Origin: Asterias rubens
Taxonomy: Eukaryota
Reading direction: 5' to 3'
Length of the DNA: 64,000 bases
Assembly: GCF_902459465.1 (NCBI RefSeq)
Contig: NC_047062.1
Location: 32,178,001 to 32,242,000 of the forward strand
The position numbers and the translations under genes were made by a program. The notes under the pieces are model-generated. The model did no database searches and was not told where the DNA came from. It saw only the letters and a program-made list of their open reading frames with translations. Positions 1 to 12,418 of the stretch are shown one piece after another (the first letter of the stretch is position 1; each line of letters begins with the position of its first letter).

Positions 1-1725
1 GACTGTCATTGACTGTTGTGTTAAAATCCCTTTTGAAATTTCTTTCGTAAATGAATTGTTTTGTATTGATTGAAAGGTCCCCAGTAATAATTGCAATGAA
101 GGTTAAAGTTTGGATAAAAATCCAGATGAATAGTTTAAAAGACACTTGACCTGGAGTTTCATCTGTGAAAGGGGAAAGCCATTTTCATTTTGCTTCCATT
201 TGAAAGTCTTCAAGCCTGAATTTGAAGAAAGGTCTTGTTTTAAGAAAACATTTTACGTTTTAAGAAAATTTTAAGAAAAGTTTTAAGAAAATTCTTAAAA
301 CTTTGGACAATAAAATGGCTGATCAAGACTTATGATGAAACACCAGCAAATCAGTTCACATATTCTCAAAATCAGGATTTATACATTTTTATTTCAAACT
401 TGTTAGATTCAGATTTACATTTTTTACATAAAAATAATCTAATATTCACTATTGGTGACTTGTGAACAACTCACTAGTAGTAAACAATACAGCAAATACT
501 TGTTTATTTACAGTGTGGTACAATCTAGATAATAACCAAGTTAGTCTGACTTGGTAATTCTACATCAAGGCACTCTACACCATCATCACCATTTGGTCAT
601 CGCTGCGACTCTTTGATATGACTTTCACTGAACTGGATTGTCCATAAAACATTAACACAACCAACCAGAACCAGCCCAATTTTTCTAAACCTTGATGTAT
701 TTCAATTGATGGGAAAAATCAGTCCATCTTTATTACATCACTATTATGGTATTCAATCAATTTATATAGATTTTTCGGTAGTTGTTTTGTTCAATTATTT
801 TTCATAATTAAAGTGTACAAATAAAATGCCTGAATCAATATGACGAATCTTGTAGAAAGTTTTTGTTTCTTCTTTTTTTGTAGTAAAGTTATGAAAACAT
901 TTGTACAAAGTAACATTGCTTTGGTTAATACAAAAAATCACAAATTTGAAAGAATGTTCACAAGTCTGATACTTTTGAAAGCAAATTTTGTAATAAAGGT
1001 CAAAGTTCACCTTCATGATTCTCGAAAACAAATGCATTGTAATTAACATAGTTCCTCACTCACACAAAGCAGTTTGTGATATTTGTTTTGAGTTTAAATA
1101 AACCAAGAATACTTTCAGGAAATCTTAAATTTTGAAATTGATGACCCACGCTTATTTTTCTCTGTAATTTTTCAGCATATAATGCAGCTAATTTGAACAT
1201 TGCATTTCACAGTAAGGTAGGGACTGAAAACCCAATCAACGTAGTGCCCTCGGCGTGATTTGAACCAGGGTCCAAGAGGTGGAAGGCGAGAGAAGATACC
1301 ACTACGCCAACCCAACAGCCATTAATTCATTGGCCTACTCGACTTTTAGAAACTAGACTCTGGACCAAATTTCATAGAGTTGCTTTTAAAAACACAAGAA
1401 GTAGCTAAGCAAATAATATTACACGTACAACTTAAAACTGGTATCCTGGGTTCAATTTCATAAAGCTGTTTTAGCAAAAAAATAATGCACAGCAAATTTC
1501 TTTGCTAAGCAAACAATTTGCAACAATGTGAACTTGATGTAACTTTACTTTGACTGGTAACCTGTTTCTGTTAAGCAACACTTTTCAGTGCTTAGCAAGT
1601 TTCTGTGCTTACAGGCTTTATGAAATTGGACCCAGATCATTTCTGCTATAAAGCAGAAAAATGTTAAGCAATACTTCCTTCTTAAGCAGCTCTATGAAAT
1701 TAATTGGGGTCTGCGACAAACTTCT

Positions 1726-4700
1726 TCAATCAAACTGATACTTAGAGTAGATAACATCAAAGAGTTCCTTGCACTGAATCTTGGCTCCTAGTTTAGTGCA
1801 CAGTAGGAAAGCACCGGACATCTTTCTGTGTAGGGAGTAACTCTCCTCTGGGGGCGGAGCTAGTCTATGATTGAGCATAACTGGGAGGATGGACTGAATA
1901 CGTCGAGTCGTGTCTTGTTTTGTGAAATCAAACGGCTCACTCTGTGAAAATGGCTCTCCCAGGATCATAACTGCATCTACATGCGCTTTCTGCATCACCT
2001 AGGAATAATAAACAATAACAACTGCATTTCTATACCGCCTAACACATCCAGAAGAAAGTCTCCATCACAAGATGAAAACAAGTTTATAAAGGTGACGCAT
2101 AAAACTGCAAGCTTTTTGTGAAATTTTGCATTGTTGAGATACTTCAAGTTTTCTTCCTTTGGTCATTAAAGGTAGGGTCATACATGTACTTATGCAAGTA
2201 CACCAAAAACTACTGCCCACCAAAACTTAATTGGTAAGATGCTCTGCAGCTGTTGATAGTAAAAACTATTTTGAATAAGGATTCTCTTTGAAGTATTAAT
2301 ATGGTTTTGATCAGTTTTCACCCAATAACATTTGAATCTGAGAAACAATTCATGCACAAGTTCTGAGAGTTAGTTTCCATCCTTGAATGCAAAAAAAATG
2401 CAACAAAACTGTAATGCCATTTTATTGCCTTATTGCTTGCGACCTGTTACTAGGTCAAAAGAAGTCCTGTTACTAGGACTGGAAGAAGGGTGCTGAGCAT
2501 CCTCTTCTGCCGATCACCCCACCAAGTGTTTTGGACGACTGATTGGTTTAAGTTTTATTCTGATTCTTGGTTTAGGATGATGAAATGTCAAGTTACCTTT
2601 GACTCGTATCCGGTAAGAAATCCAAGTTTCTTTGAATATTCCAAGACATCCTCCCTGTTTCCTGATGAAGCTCCTTTGATCACCTACAAGAAAACGATAA
2701 TATAATAATACCAGGTTCTTAAAGTGCCTTATCACAAAACTAAAGGGCAAGTCAAAGTGTCAGTATTTCTTCCTGGAAGGTATGTTGAGCTACATTTTAA
2801 AATGTGAGATCTATTCCTTTTTAGCTCCGGGGGCAATATGCGGCCAATCAGACCAGGAACACTGGGGCGAGCCCCTTCTCTTTATCATAAGTGCACTGGG
2901 TTCTTTTATGTGCATTACACAAGAAACAGAACAAATGGCATTACACTACATTTGAAGGACGCAGCAATAATGGTTTTAAGTGTTTAGCTTAAAGCCATTG
3001 GACACTTTGGATAAACAGTACTGTCCAAGGCCCACACTTAAGAAAATAATGAGTAAACCCACCCTTGTTTCCGCACGTTTCGCCGTGTCATGACATGTGT
3101 TTTAAATAAATCCGTAATTCTCGATATCGAGAATTTATATTGTTTTAATGTTTTCTCAAAAAGTAAAGCATTTCATGGAATAATATTTCAAGAGAAGTCT
3201 TTCACCATTACCTTCTGTAAACCCTGTAAGTTATTTGTAAATCTGTGAACTTTAAAAACAAATACTGTTCCGAAAGTGTCCAATGGCTTTAACGACACAA
3301 GTGTCATGACCGCGATTCGAACCGCCAACCCAATGACTACCAGAACTTGAATTCGATACTCTTAACCGCTCGGCCATGACACCCTCCAACCCACATCAAT
3401 GACAGTGATCATTCAATGCATATTGGTTGATCCCCACTGTACATTTATTTCTCACTAGTCTCACCTTGATATAATCATCAACAAATGATTTGGGGAAATC
3501 TCTGGAGGCTCCAAAGTCTATCAAGGCCAACTGTGAATGAAGAACACAAAAATTATTGCACTTAATTAAATATTTCTACAATGAGAATTGAAAAACCTAG
3601 AGCCAATACATCTCCCAAAAGAGTTTCAACCACAAGTTTACTGGTCTTACTTTCTCATGATCAACACCATGCAAAACTTCAAACATCATTTAAGGAATTG
3701 ATATTGACTTACCTTGCCAGTGTGTTGATTGTACAAAAAGTTGGACCAGTTTGGGTCTGTCTGCATAAACTGCCATTCAAACACTTCCTTTAAGCACAGT
3801 CTCAAGATATTCCTACAGATCTACAAGAAAAAACCACAAAGTATTTCATTAAATAAATAAGGAGAATCAAGCTTTTGTTTGACGAGAACCATCTCAAAGG
3901 TACCCATTTACCCCTGGGTGAAGAGAAGCAATAAATTACAGCTCAAGGACACAAGTGTCATGAACGGGATTCAAACCCCCACACTGAGGACTTAGCCACC
4001 AGACTTAGCCACCAATCCATTAAACCCCTGGGCCATGACACATTTTTTTAAAAGGAGAAGAATTTGTCTTGCACTTACATCATTTCTAGTTTCCTGATCC
4101 AAGTCCACAGCCTTATCTAACGATACTCCATCCACTAACTCTGTAGTAAGTATCTGCTTCGTAGATAACTCTGGTATGACCTCTGGAACTATTAAATCAG
4201 GGTCATCTCTCAGAACATTCCTAAATCATCAGACAAATTTAAAAAGTTATGATCACTATTACTTGAATCGCTCATTAAAAGCAGACCAGGGCCCATGACA
4301 AACTCAGGTCGAAATTCACTGGTTCGGGTATGAGCAGTTTATAAAGCGATATTTCTTATCTGATCAAAGGTTAACAAGGTGTACACACAAATATGGTAAA
4401 CTCTTCACAGGTTCTTGTTTATAAACTACTTACTGGAAAACAGTGTTTAATAATATCATGGAAGCAACTTTGAATCATAAAAAGTGACAAAATATATCTT
4501 CAGAAATCAAATAAGGAACAGTTGGACTTTCTCTCTGCTCTCCAGCATTTTGGTAATTTGGCACCAGCAAGTAGGCTTGTGAGTCAGGATTACTTTTCTG
4601 ATGAATATACCTGAATTTACGACTCCACTCCGCTTCTCTGGTGTAATCAACTTCCCAAGCTAGCTCTCTACGAGCCACATCAACAGCATTCTCAACATAA

Positions 4701-7700
4701 AGACCTTATCAAATAAACAAGGAAATTAAACATTATCAATATTAAACACAGTATTTCTATATCAAGGGATTAGCACCCAATTTCATAGAGCTGCTTTTAG
4801 CACACAAAAATAAGTGAGCTCAAAATAATTATACCAACCAGAATATGATTAGGTGAGGTTTGTGGTAGCACCGTGTGTAAATCTCTTTTGAGTAGTGCTG
4901 GTTCCGAGAAGAACTGGTGTATGACAATTCAACATTTCTCCTTTGTTGCTCCCAAATTGTGGAACAATCTCCCAGTACGCATCAGAAATTGTAACTCTTT
5001 GCCATTGTACAAAAAAACTCTTATAACTAATATTTGTATCAGATGTAATATGTTGTAGTTTAGTTCCATTGGTTTTGCTCTTTTGAGCCCTTTGATTTAA
5101 AAAAAAAAGGCGCTTTACAAATGCACTGTTGTTGTATGTATGTATGTATGTATGTATGTATGTATGTATGTATTTCGATCAGTATGCTCTGATCGTCTTA
5201 AAGAGAATGCTGGACTCTGTTGCTAGATTCTGGTTAAGTACTGCCTCTGTGTCAACCACAAGGTCTTTTCAGAAGCAACACTACTCAAAGAGATGTAAGA
5301 GGAGGAGGATGGAGAAAGATTGTACCTTCAGGAAGAACGTTCCAGACTTTCATGATGGCCATCAGGTTGTTGATGTCACTGTCAATACCCTCACCTACAC
5401 CAGGATACTGGGGGAAAAAACAAAAGATCATTCAAGAATCAGCTTTAGGAACGTCATAGATCAAAGCTGTTTTGTGTTTCCCAGGGGGAGAAACTGGAAG
5501 GCCTTTTTGGTATCGGATAGATAAGAACTTTATTATCCCACTATGGAGAGAACTAACGCATAACTACAATCACAAGGCCCTAGCCGGGAATCGAACCAGT
5601 ACCATAGTGGTGAGAGGCAAGCACATTATCCACCAGGGTTCTCTTTATGCACAACTTAAAACATATTGGGTCGATACGTGCGAATTGTGTGCCAATACGT
5701 GCAAATCTCAGCCTATATGTTTCAACAACAACAATTAAAATTAAAATTTCACAAAAATCAAAGATAAAACCATATAGAATGCTCCAGAGTGTAAAGTAGG
5801 GTTTTTAAAACAAAGATAAACACCAAGAAGAAAACATTCCAAAGGTTGTTTCAATTCAGGGTCCTTCAGCAAAACATAAAAATGTATACTTTTACATATA
5901 TAAGTGTGACAACGACCCCGCCCACTAGCCACCCATCCTAGACACCTACCTGTATCTTCATAGCCACTTCCATTCCATCATGTGTTGTAGCCAGATGAAC
6001 TTGACCAATTGATGCAGCAGCGAATGGCTTGTCTTCAAATGATGCTACTTTACTCCTCCAGTCGTCTCCTAACTCATCCTTTAAGACTCTCTAAAACAAT
6101 CAATCAAACACAGCAAATCAAACTTTTCGTCTCATTACAAGAAAGCATGAGAAAATGTTTCCAAAATTACATCAAGTTGGTAGGTATTTATTTTATGTGA
6201 ATCCTTGTGTCCTAAGCATATAAAACAAAATGTGCTGCAGAATCCCACACAATGTGCGTTAACAAAATGTGTATCTTCTTAATTTATTTCCATATGTTTA
6301 GACTGGAACCTTACGAACAGTGGGTAGAAATGTTAATTACAAAGTTTTCGGATGGACGATCAGGTTACCGGAAACCAATTATTTTGATTTAGGTCTTAAT
6401 ATATCGGTCTTTACCTCCATCTGCCAGGCTGGCATAAAGTCAGCACTTTGTCTGACTCTGTCAAATACTCTCTGCAACTCAGGACTGATTAATGCGTTAT
6501 CTGCAAAAAGGAAACATGGTTCGTGAAGGGAAAGTAATAATATTAATAAACTGGAAATTTAAAAAGCGCCCTTAACCAGAAGATGCAAAGCGCTTGAAAA
6601 CTAAAAGAAAAGAAAGCCAGAAAGATTGAGGGAAGCGCCAGGGCAGACTGGATAAACCCAGATTACATGCAACCAGAACAAAAGACTGGTCCTGAGGGCC
6701 AGATTTTAAAAGTAGTTGAGTCCTTTACTTGAGTGTGAAGTTGATTCCATAGCCGAGGGGCAGAGACAGAAACAGCTCTGCCATCACCAGCCTGGATGCA
6801 AGATCTGGGAACATCAAGACATACTCCTACTCAGTATACAGTGCTTTACATACACTTTTCTTTAGTAGACATAGGCATTTGCCCATGGTTTCTTCATCAA
6901 ATTGTACCCCACTTATCCCTTCAGAGTAATATGCCTGTGAATTTGGTTCACAGAGCTTGGGAAAGTACTCAGTATACAGTACCTAAAACTTGCATCAGTG
7001 TATCAGTAAAAAACACAGACCATAGCAGAAGCAATTGGCTGGTACCAAAATGCTAAATTCCGCCAATTCCAACTCGCCTTAATCCTTCTTAAGCAAGTTA
7101 GCTTTAAGGAGTGTCTTGAAACCTCATCTCTGCTTACCTTGTATGCTAAGCATCTGACCAAGCTTAAGAGCAGCTCCTCTCACTCTACATAACGTATCAA
7201 CGATACGCTCAGCATTAGCTTCGGACAACAGTACACTCCCGTCAAACTTGCCATCTGTATCAAATTAAGGTAAAACAAACAAACAAAATTAACAAATGGT
7301 TAACATTTAGTCTGGCTTAAAGGAACACGTTGCCTTGGATCGGACGAGTTGGTCTATAAAAAGCATTTGAAACCGTTTGTTATGAAATGCATATGGTTAG
7401 AAAGATGTTTTAAAAGTAGAATATAATGATCCACACAAGTATCACTTAAAATTGCACGGTTTTCATTTTACGTAGCGAACTAACACGGTCGGCCATTTAT
7501 GGGAGTCAAAAATTTGACTCCCATAAATGGCCGACCGTATTAGTCGACGTGGTAAAAAGAAAACCACGCAATTTCAAGGCATATTTGTGTAGATCATTGT
7601 ATTCTACTTTTACAACATCTTTCTAACAATATCGATTTTATAACAAACGGTTACAGAACGCTTTTCAAAGACCAACTCGACCGATCCAAGGCAACGTGTT

Positions 7701-10583
7701 CCTTTAACAGTAATGTCACAATTAAATTATTGTTTGTTTTTACAGAATAGTAATAAATAATAGCAATATTCACAGGTTTTATTTAGCGCTTTTTACACCA
7801 AAAGGGCATATTAAACGTTTGTTATTTTTGGTATGCAGACCTATGTTTAGAATTACAAGATTGGATAATCCAAAATGTTACTTACTTTCTTTGAGCCCAA
7901 AACTTCTTTTGGCTTTCTCGGCTAAGGCCCCCACACCCAAACCTGCTGCTAAACCTGTGAAGTTATATCAAGACAAAACAAATAATTGAGACAACATTTT
8001 CAGAGAGAGTAGTAATTCATTGTGAATGTGCCAGCAGTGACTCCGACCGCATTTCTGCTATCAGAATGTTTGAGCATGAAACCAGGCTTTCTGCTTCTTT
8101 TCACCCATACACTCTTGCTTTGGGAGATATAGCACATAGAACCATTCCAAAATCCTTTTCTTATGTATGTATCTCTATGGAACTCTTTGCCTGGTCGTTA
8201 ATGAATCACAACTCCTTGATTTGTGCAACTCATAATCATAGGCGGTAAGATGTTTGCATGTAAGAGATTGGCTGTTGCCAGCTTGGTGTTTATATCCCCT
8301 TGTGGGAGTTTGCCGAGTTCCCTTGACAGGGAGATCATTACTAAGACAGAGACAGATAAGTATCTCACCGCCAAAGTTCCAGACTCTACCAAGCCGAGAC
8401 GAAGGAACTGTCCGCTCTTTAGCTCTTTCACTCAACTAAGGTAAACAAAAATTAAAAGTCAAAGAAATACATCAACAAATGGAATAAATAAAAACAAATT
8501 GGGAAGTCAGGAGAAGGTCATAGTTTGTAATTTTTAAAGAACAAAAAACTAAAAACCTTGATCTACATTGTACAAAAGGGATATTACGAGCTTGATTTCC
8601 AGTACCCACTTATGCTAGGTGAAACTAGCATAGCACAGTAGTTGCATGCTCGTGGGGTGTAAAGCAATCATGGTGTGAAAGGGGGTCACCCCAGGGAATA
8701 GATTAGTGTAAAAAGGGCTATTGAGTACTAACCTTGGGTCTGATTCTTGGACCTCTAGGTCTCGCTGGTGTTTTGGATGATTTTGCTTTCATTCTAAGCT
8801 TCTCGAGTTCTTCTTGGGTCATCCCGGTGGATGAATCATAATGGAGATATCTCCTATGGTCGTTACTGAACTGAGTTCTTGTGAATGTGTGCAACTGTCT
8901 GGTTTGGTTCGGAGGTGTGCCGTTTGTTCTAGGAACTGCTCCATTTGCTCTGTATACAAATATGAAATATTCTTATTACTAAGTAGGATTTGAAACTTTG
9001 TGAGGTGGAAGGGCTGACCACATGTTCCATGCTTCTCCTCATTGAACCCAAGTCTCGACACTCATGGGGTGACACGTCTTTTTCTTCAGCCGCGCCACAC
9101 ATCTGGGACTCTCTAACACTTAATCTTCGATCTTGTCTTTGTACTGCAAAATTCAAGTCTCTTCTCAAAACTTATCTTATGTCACAGGTTTTCGAGGATT
9201 AATTTTGTTGTGTCTATTTTTCTTTGTGATATGTTTTGTTTTTGTTTTGTTTTTGGGTTTTACTGCGCGTTGAACACCCAGCAGGGTGGATATGTGCGCA
9301 TTACAAGTCATATTATTATTATTATTATTATGATATAGGTTTCAAAAATTCAAAGGCTCCATAGGGAAATTCTAAAGAATGAGGTGCTCCACGAAGAAAT
9401 TGTTTACAAAGTCAAACTGTTACAGGCAGGGATAAAGGAAAGAACAAAAGAATGCTCCGTGAGTTATTTTAAGAGTTTGTGTTTCAGTTTAAAATACCAT
9501 GTAACACACTCATACCTAGAGGAGGGATTAGAACTGGATGACGTCTCTGGCACTTCTTGCGAGGAAACACTTTCTGGTTGTGGCACATCATCAATTGAGG
9601 ATGATCCGGCGGAGTAAGCCCAACTTGTTGTATCTTCATCGGCAGCAGAGGCTGGGAATTCCTCAATGTTCTTCTGCAATGATAGAACGACTTACTAAAA
9701 ACAAGGCGGGAATAATGGCTTCTGTTATCTGGTCTTGGCCTTGGTGCCCCTTCAAAAGGTTTGCTCAAAGGCGCTGAGGCACAGAAGAAATAAATAAGTC
9801 ATTGATGGTAGGCCTCCTCAAACAAATGGGCTTTTGGAAGTATCTTAAATGTGTTGAAGGATGTTGTGTCCCTGATGTGATTTGGAAGTTTGGGTCCATA
9901 TACCGAGAAGGCTCAATCAGCAAAAGTGATGTGGCCTGTTCTTTGACAACAACATATGCGGGGAGGCAGGTCTATGGACCACAGTAATTATTTTGCTTTT
10001 GTTTCTCCTAGCCCATCTGGAAGCATATTTGTACTGTCATGTATTGTTGAAATGGCTGAATAAATAATAATAATAATAATAATAGTAATAATAATAATAA
10101 TATGGTGAAAATGAGCTGCAACTGGTGTCCCATTCATTGTCTTGCTTATGGCCTCATCAATCTGACCTCTTAAAAATTTAGTCTTGGTCCAAGACAATGT
10201 TATTCACACTACCCTATCACTCGACTATCGCGATCCCCGCTCGCTCCCTCCTCGCTGTACACATTTGTCTTGCACCAAGACTAAATTTTTCAGAACGTAA
10301 TGAGAACGAGTTTGGGGGTATTGGCAAAGAAATTCCTGCTTAGCAGCTTTATGCAATTTGGCCCTTAAGTGCTTACCTGTGAGGAGCTTATCTTTGATGC
10401 ATACACCATGGCGTTGCTAATCGTCTCCTCTGCCTTTGTTTGGATCTTTTCAGTGGTGGATCTTAGGCTACAATTACTCCATACTTGACTGCAGTCTTTA
10501 CTCTGCGTATCCACGAAGGCTCTGGCAACCAGACTGAACCCCCGCAACGCTTTTATGCAGTCTGTTAACCTAGTCTGTGCCAT
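1726..10583 (-). CDS. COQ8A/B: Atypical UbiB-family kinase COQ8 (ADCK3/4), about 637 aa, 15 coding exons
   Basis: Exons in transcript order: 10377-10583, 9516-9673, 8733-8949, 8369-8435, 7886-7954, 7138-7254, 6415-6500, 5950-6090, 5326-5407, 4611-4704, 4079-4220, 3713-3820, 3465-3530, 2597-2683, 1726-1998. All junctions are GT-AG, phases match, total 1914 nt. Hallmark motifs: [12 protein letters not shown] (KxGQ), [41 protein letters not shown]. Confidence 0.95.
2989..3292. mobile_element. TTAA-flanked MITE (Kolobok-like termini) nested in a SINE
   Basis: TTAA|AGCCATTGGACACTTT...AAAGTGTCCAATGGCT|TTAA. The flanks join into the SINE sequence also seen at about 57770-57985. Confidence 0.8.
4915..5173 (+). 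mobile_element. L2-type LINE 3' end followed by a (TATG)n microsatellite
   Basis: [19 protein letters not shown]...YKKTL, then (tatg)n at about 5134-5173. Confidence 0.7.
6535..6800 (-). mobile_element. L2-type LINE 3' end
   Basis: The minus strand reads [12 protein letters not shown]... and ends in an ATT-rich tail. Confidence 0.6.
7317..7707. mobile_element. TTAA-flanked fold-back MITE (Kolobok-like); second copy at 24995-25367
   Basis: TTAA|AGGAACACGTTGCCTTGGATCGG...CCGATCCAAGGCAACGTGTTCCT|TTAA, nearly palindromic throughout. Confidence 0.85.
8980..9332 (+). mobile_element. L2-type LINE 3' end with (ATT)n tail
   Basis: [21 protein letters not shown]...FKSLLKTYL followed by an (att)n tail. 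Confidence 0.72.
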
Positions 10584-12250
10584 GATGAGTCTGGTACCTT
10601 AACCTTTTATTGCTGTAAAACAAAACAAAATACCCTATTATTAGTTGGTTATAACTCTCTTCAAGGCCTCAATCTGTCAGTAATTTCAAACAATTACATT
10701 TAACAACCAATTACTGTAGATTAAAAAAGGTCACATTTGTCAAGTTTGGGCCTAATACTTTACAGAGGCAATGAAGGCGATTGTCTCCATGCCCCCTGGT
10801 CATTGCCTTGGTGCCCTTGAAGTACAGTAGAAATTTACAATTTCTTTATATGATGCCATTATCAAGAGAAATTGCCAGTGGTGCCCTTGTCCTTTCAAAA
10901 TCGAAGCATACAGGCCTCCAAGTCTTTGAAAAGTTGATGACTACCAATAAAAATTTAAGTAAAAACCAATCTCTTTTGAAATGAATGGAAATCATCATAT
11001 AACCATCTTCACCTGTACCTACCTCCTCCACCTTTTCACTCATTTTAACAACCCAAATCATATTTTACCTCAATGATTTAATACAACTGGTAGTCAAATT
11101 CAGCATCATTTCCCAAAGAGCATCAAAAATAAAGAAATTATAAGAAGTTAAAAAAAATGGAGAAGTAAAGAAATGAGTTGATGCTAATAAATCATTGCAA
11201 ACTGGGTTCTTGAATGAAGAACAAAGCGATACATAGTAAAATGCTAGACCCAGTAACTTTGGCGCTGTACTCTGTTTTAAAATAAAATCGAAACCGTCCG
11301 TAAAGCGATTACTCCATGAAGTATCAAGAAACATCTGCGTTAGTCATTTTGACATCTGCAGTCGTAGTACGAACATGCTGAGCCTAGCCAGATGCCAACA
11401 TTTCGGGGGGAAAACAGAGTACTAGGGTCGGGAAAACAACAGTTTACAGCAGCACCCAAATCATAATTGGGTAGTAAAACAGGTATGCGATGGGAACAAA
11501 CAAGCCTATCCCATCTGAAGAAATCTCATTAATTTTATTTTCTGTAGACTGTGTCTGTGTGTGTCACTGTGTGTTTGTTCAATATTATTAATTATTAGTT
11601 AGCTGGTTATTGCATGATTAGGGCCGAACGAAACACAACAACTTAACATTGTATTATTGTATTTGAAACCTGTCCTTGTTAATAAAAAATAATAAATAAC
11701 AAGAAGGTTACAAAATACATTGTCATTAGTATTACAAGGTCAAGGAAGAAAAACACACATTATTGTATACATGGTAAGAAAAGAGTAGACCATGGAGGTA
11801 GACTAAAATTAAACATTGAGGTGATTACTGTTGCGTATCACCATGACGTAACGAATCCCAAGTATTACGTAACACCAATGTCAATAATTCAGCCTTCACT
11901 CAGCATTCCCACACAAGCAGCATTCATTCATGCAGGCAAACGAACAATAAAAACATGAAATAAAAAAACAGTTTTAAAAACAGAAGAAAGTATGCACGGA
12001 ATACAAAATCATGCCATCATTCATCAGAATGTTTTAAAAGCACCTACCTTGAGCTTCAAATCAATGAAACACTGAAAGATTTGACGAAAACCATGGATTA
12101 AATCCCACAACTGCGGAGTTGTTTAGGAACTGTTGGTTTCTTTCGAGCATGAAGTGTACGTTGTGTAATCGTTTTAAACTCCCAGACTTCCAATAGTAAA
12201 TTATATGGTTGTTAATGCAAAACATTTTGGGTACCATGCTAAAAACTAAC

Positions 12251-12418
12251 GTTTACCGAGCGAGAGAGGGCGCTCGTTAAAAAAACTTGGCACACACTCG
12301 GCACCCAGTCTTCTTTTATTGTAACATACCCGCTTTCAGAAATAAAGTACCCGACTAAAAACTTACTGGACTTGCGAGACGAAGAAGGTAGTGAAAGAAC
12401 TTTTGCTCCAAAATGAAG
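12251..12418. promoter_or_regulatory. Putative bidirectional promoter/first-exon module, copy A: minus-strand non-coding first exon of COQ8 and plus-strand ATG-AAG first exon of the HTH-psq gene
   Basis: Minus-strand donor GGTAAAC|GTTAGT at 12251/12250. Plus-strand ATG AAG|GTTTGT at 12413-12419, phase 0, matches the acceptor at 13574. Both donors are conserved in the paralogous module at 21869-22096. Confidence 0.55.

Noticed and set aside
9988-10197. Minus-strand ORF ending TNMLPDG, resembling the COQ8 NMLPEG motif
   Set aside because: The true motif is encoded by exon 5326-5407 (WNVLPEG). This ORF crosses an (ATT)n tract and lacks fitting splice sites.
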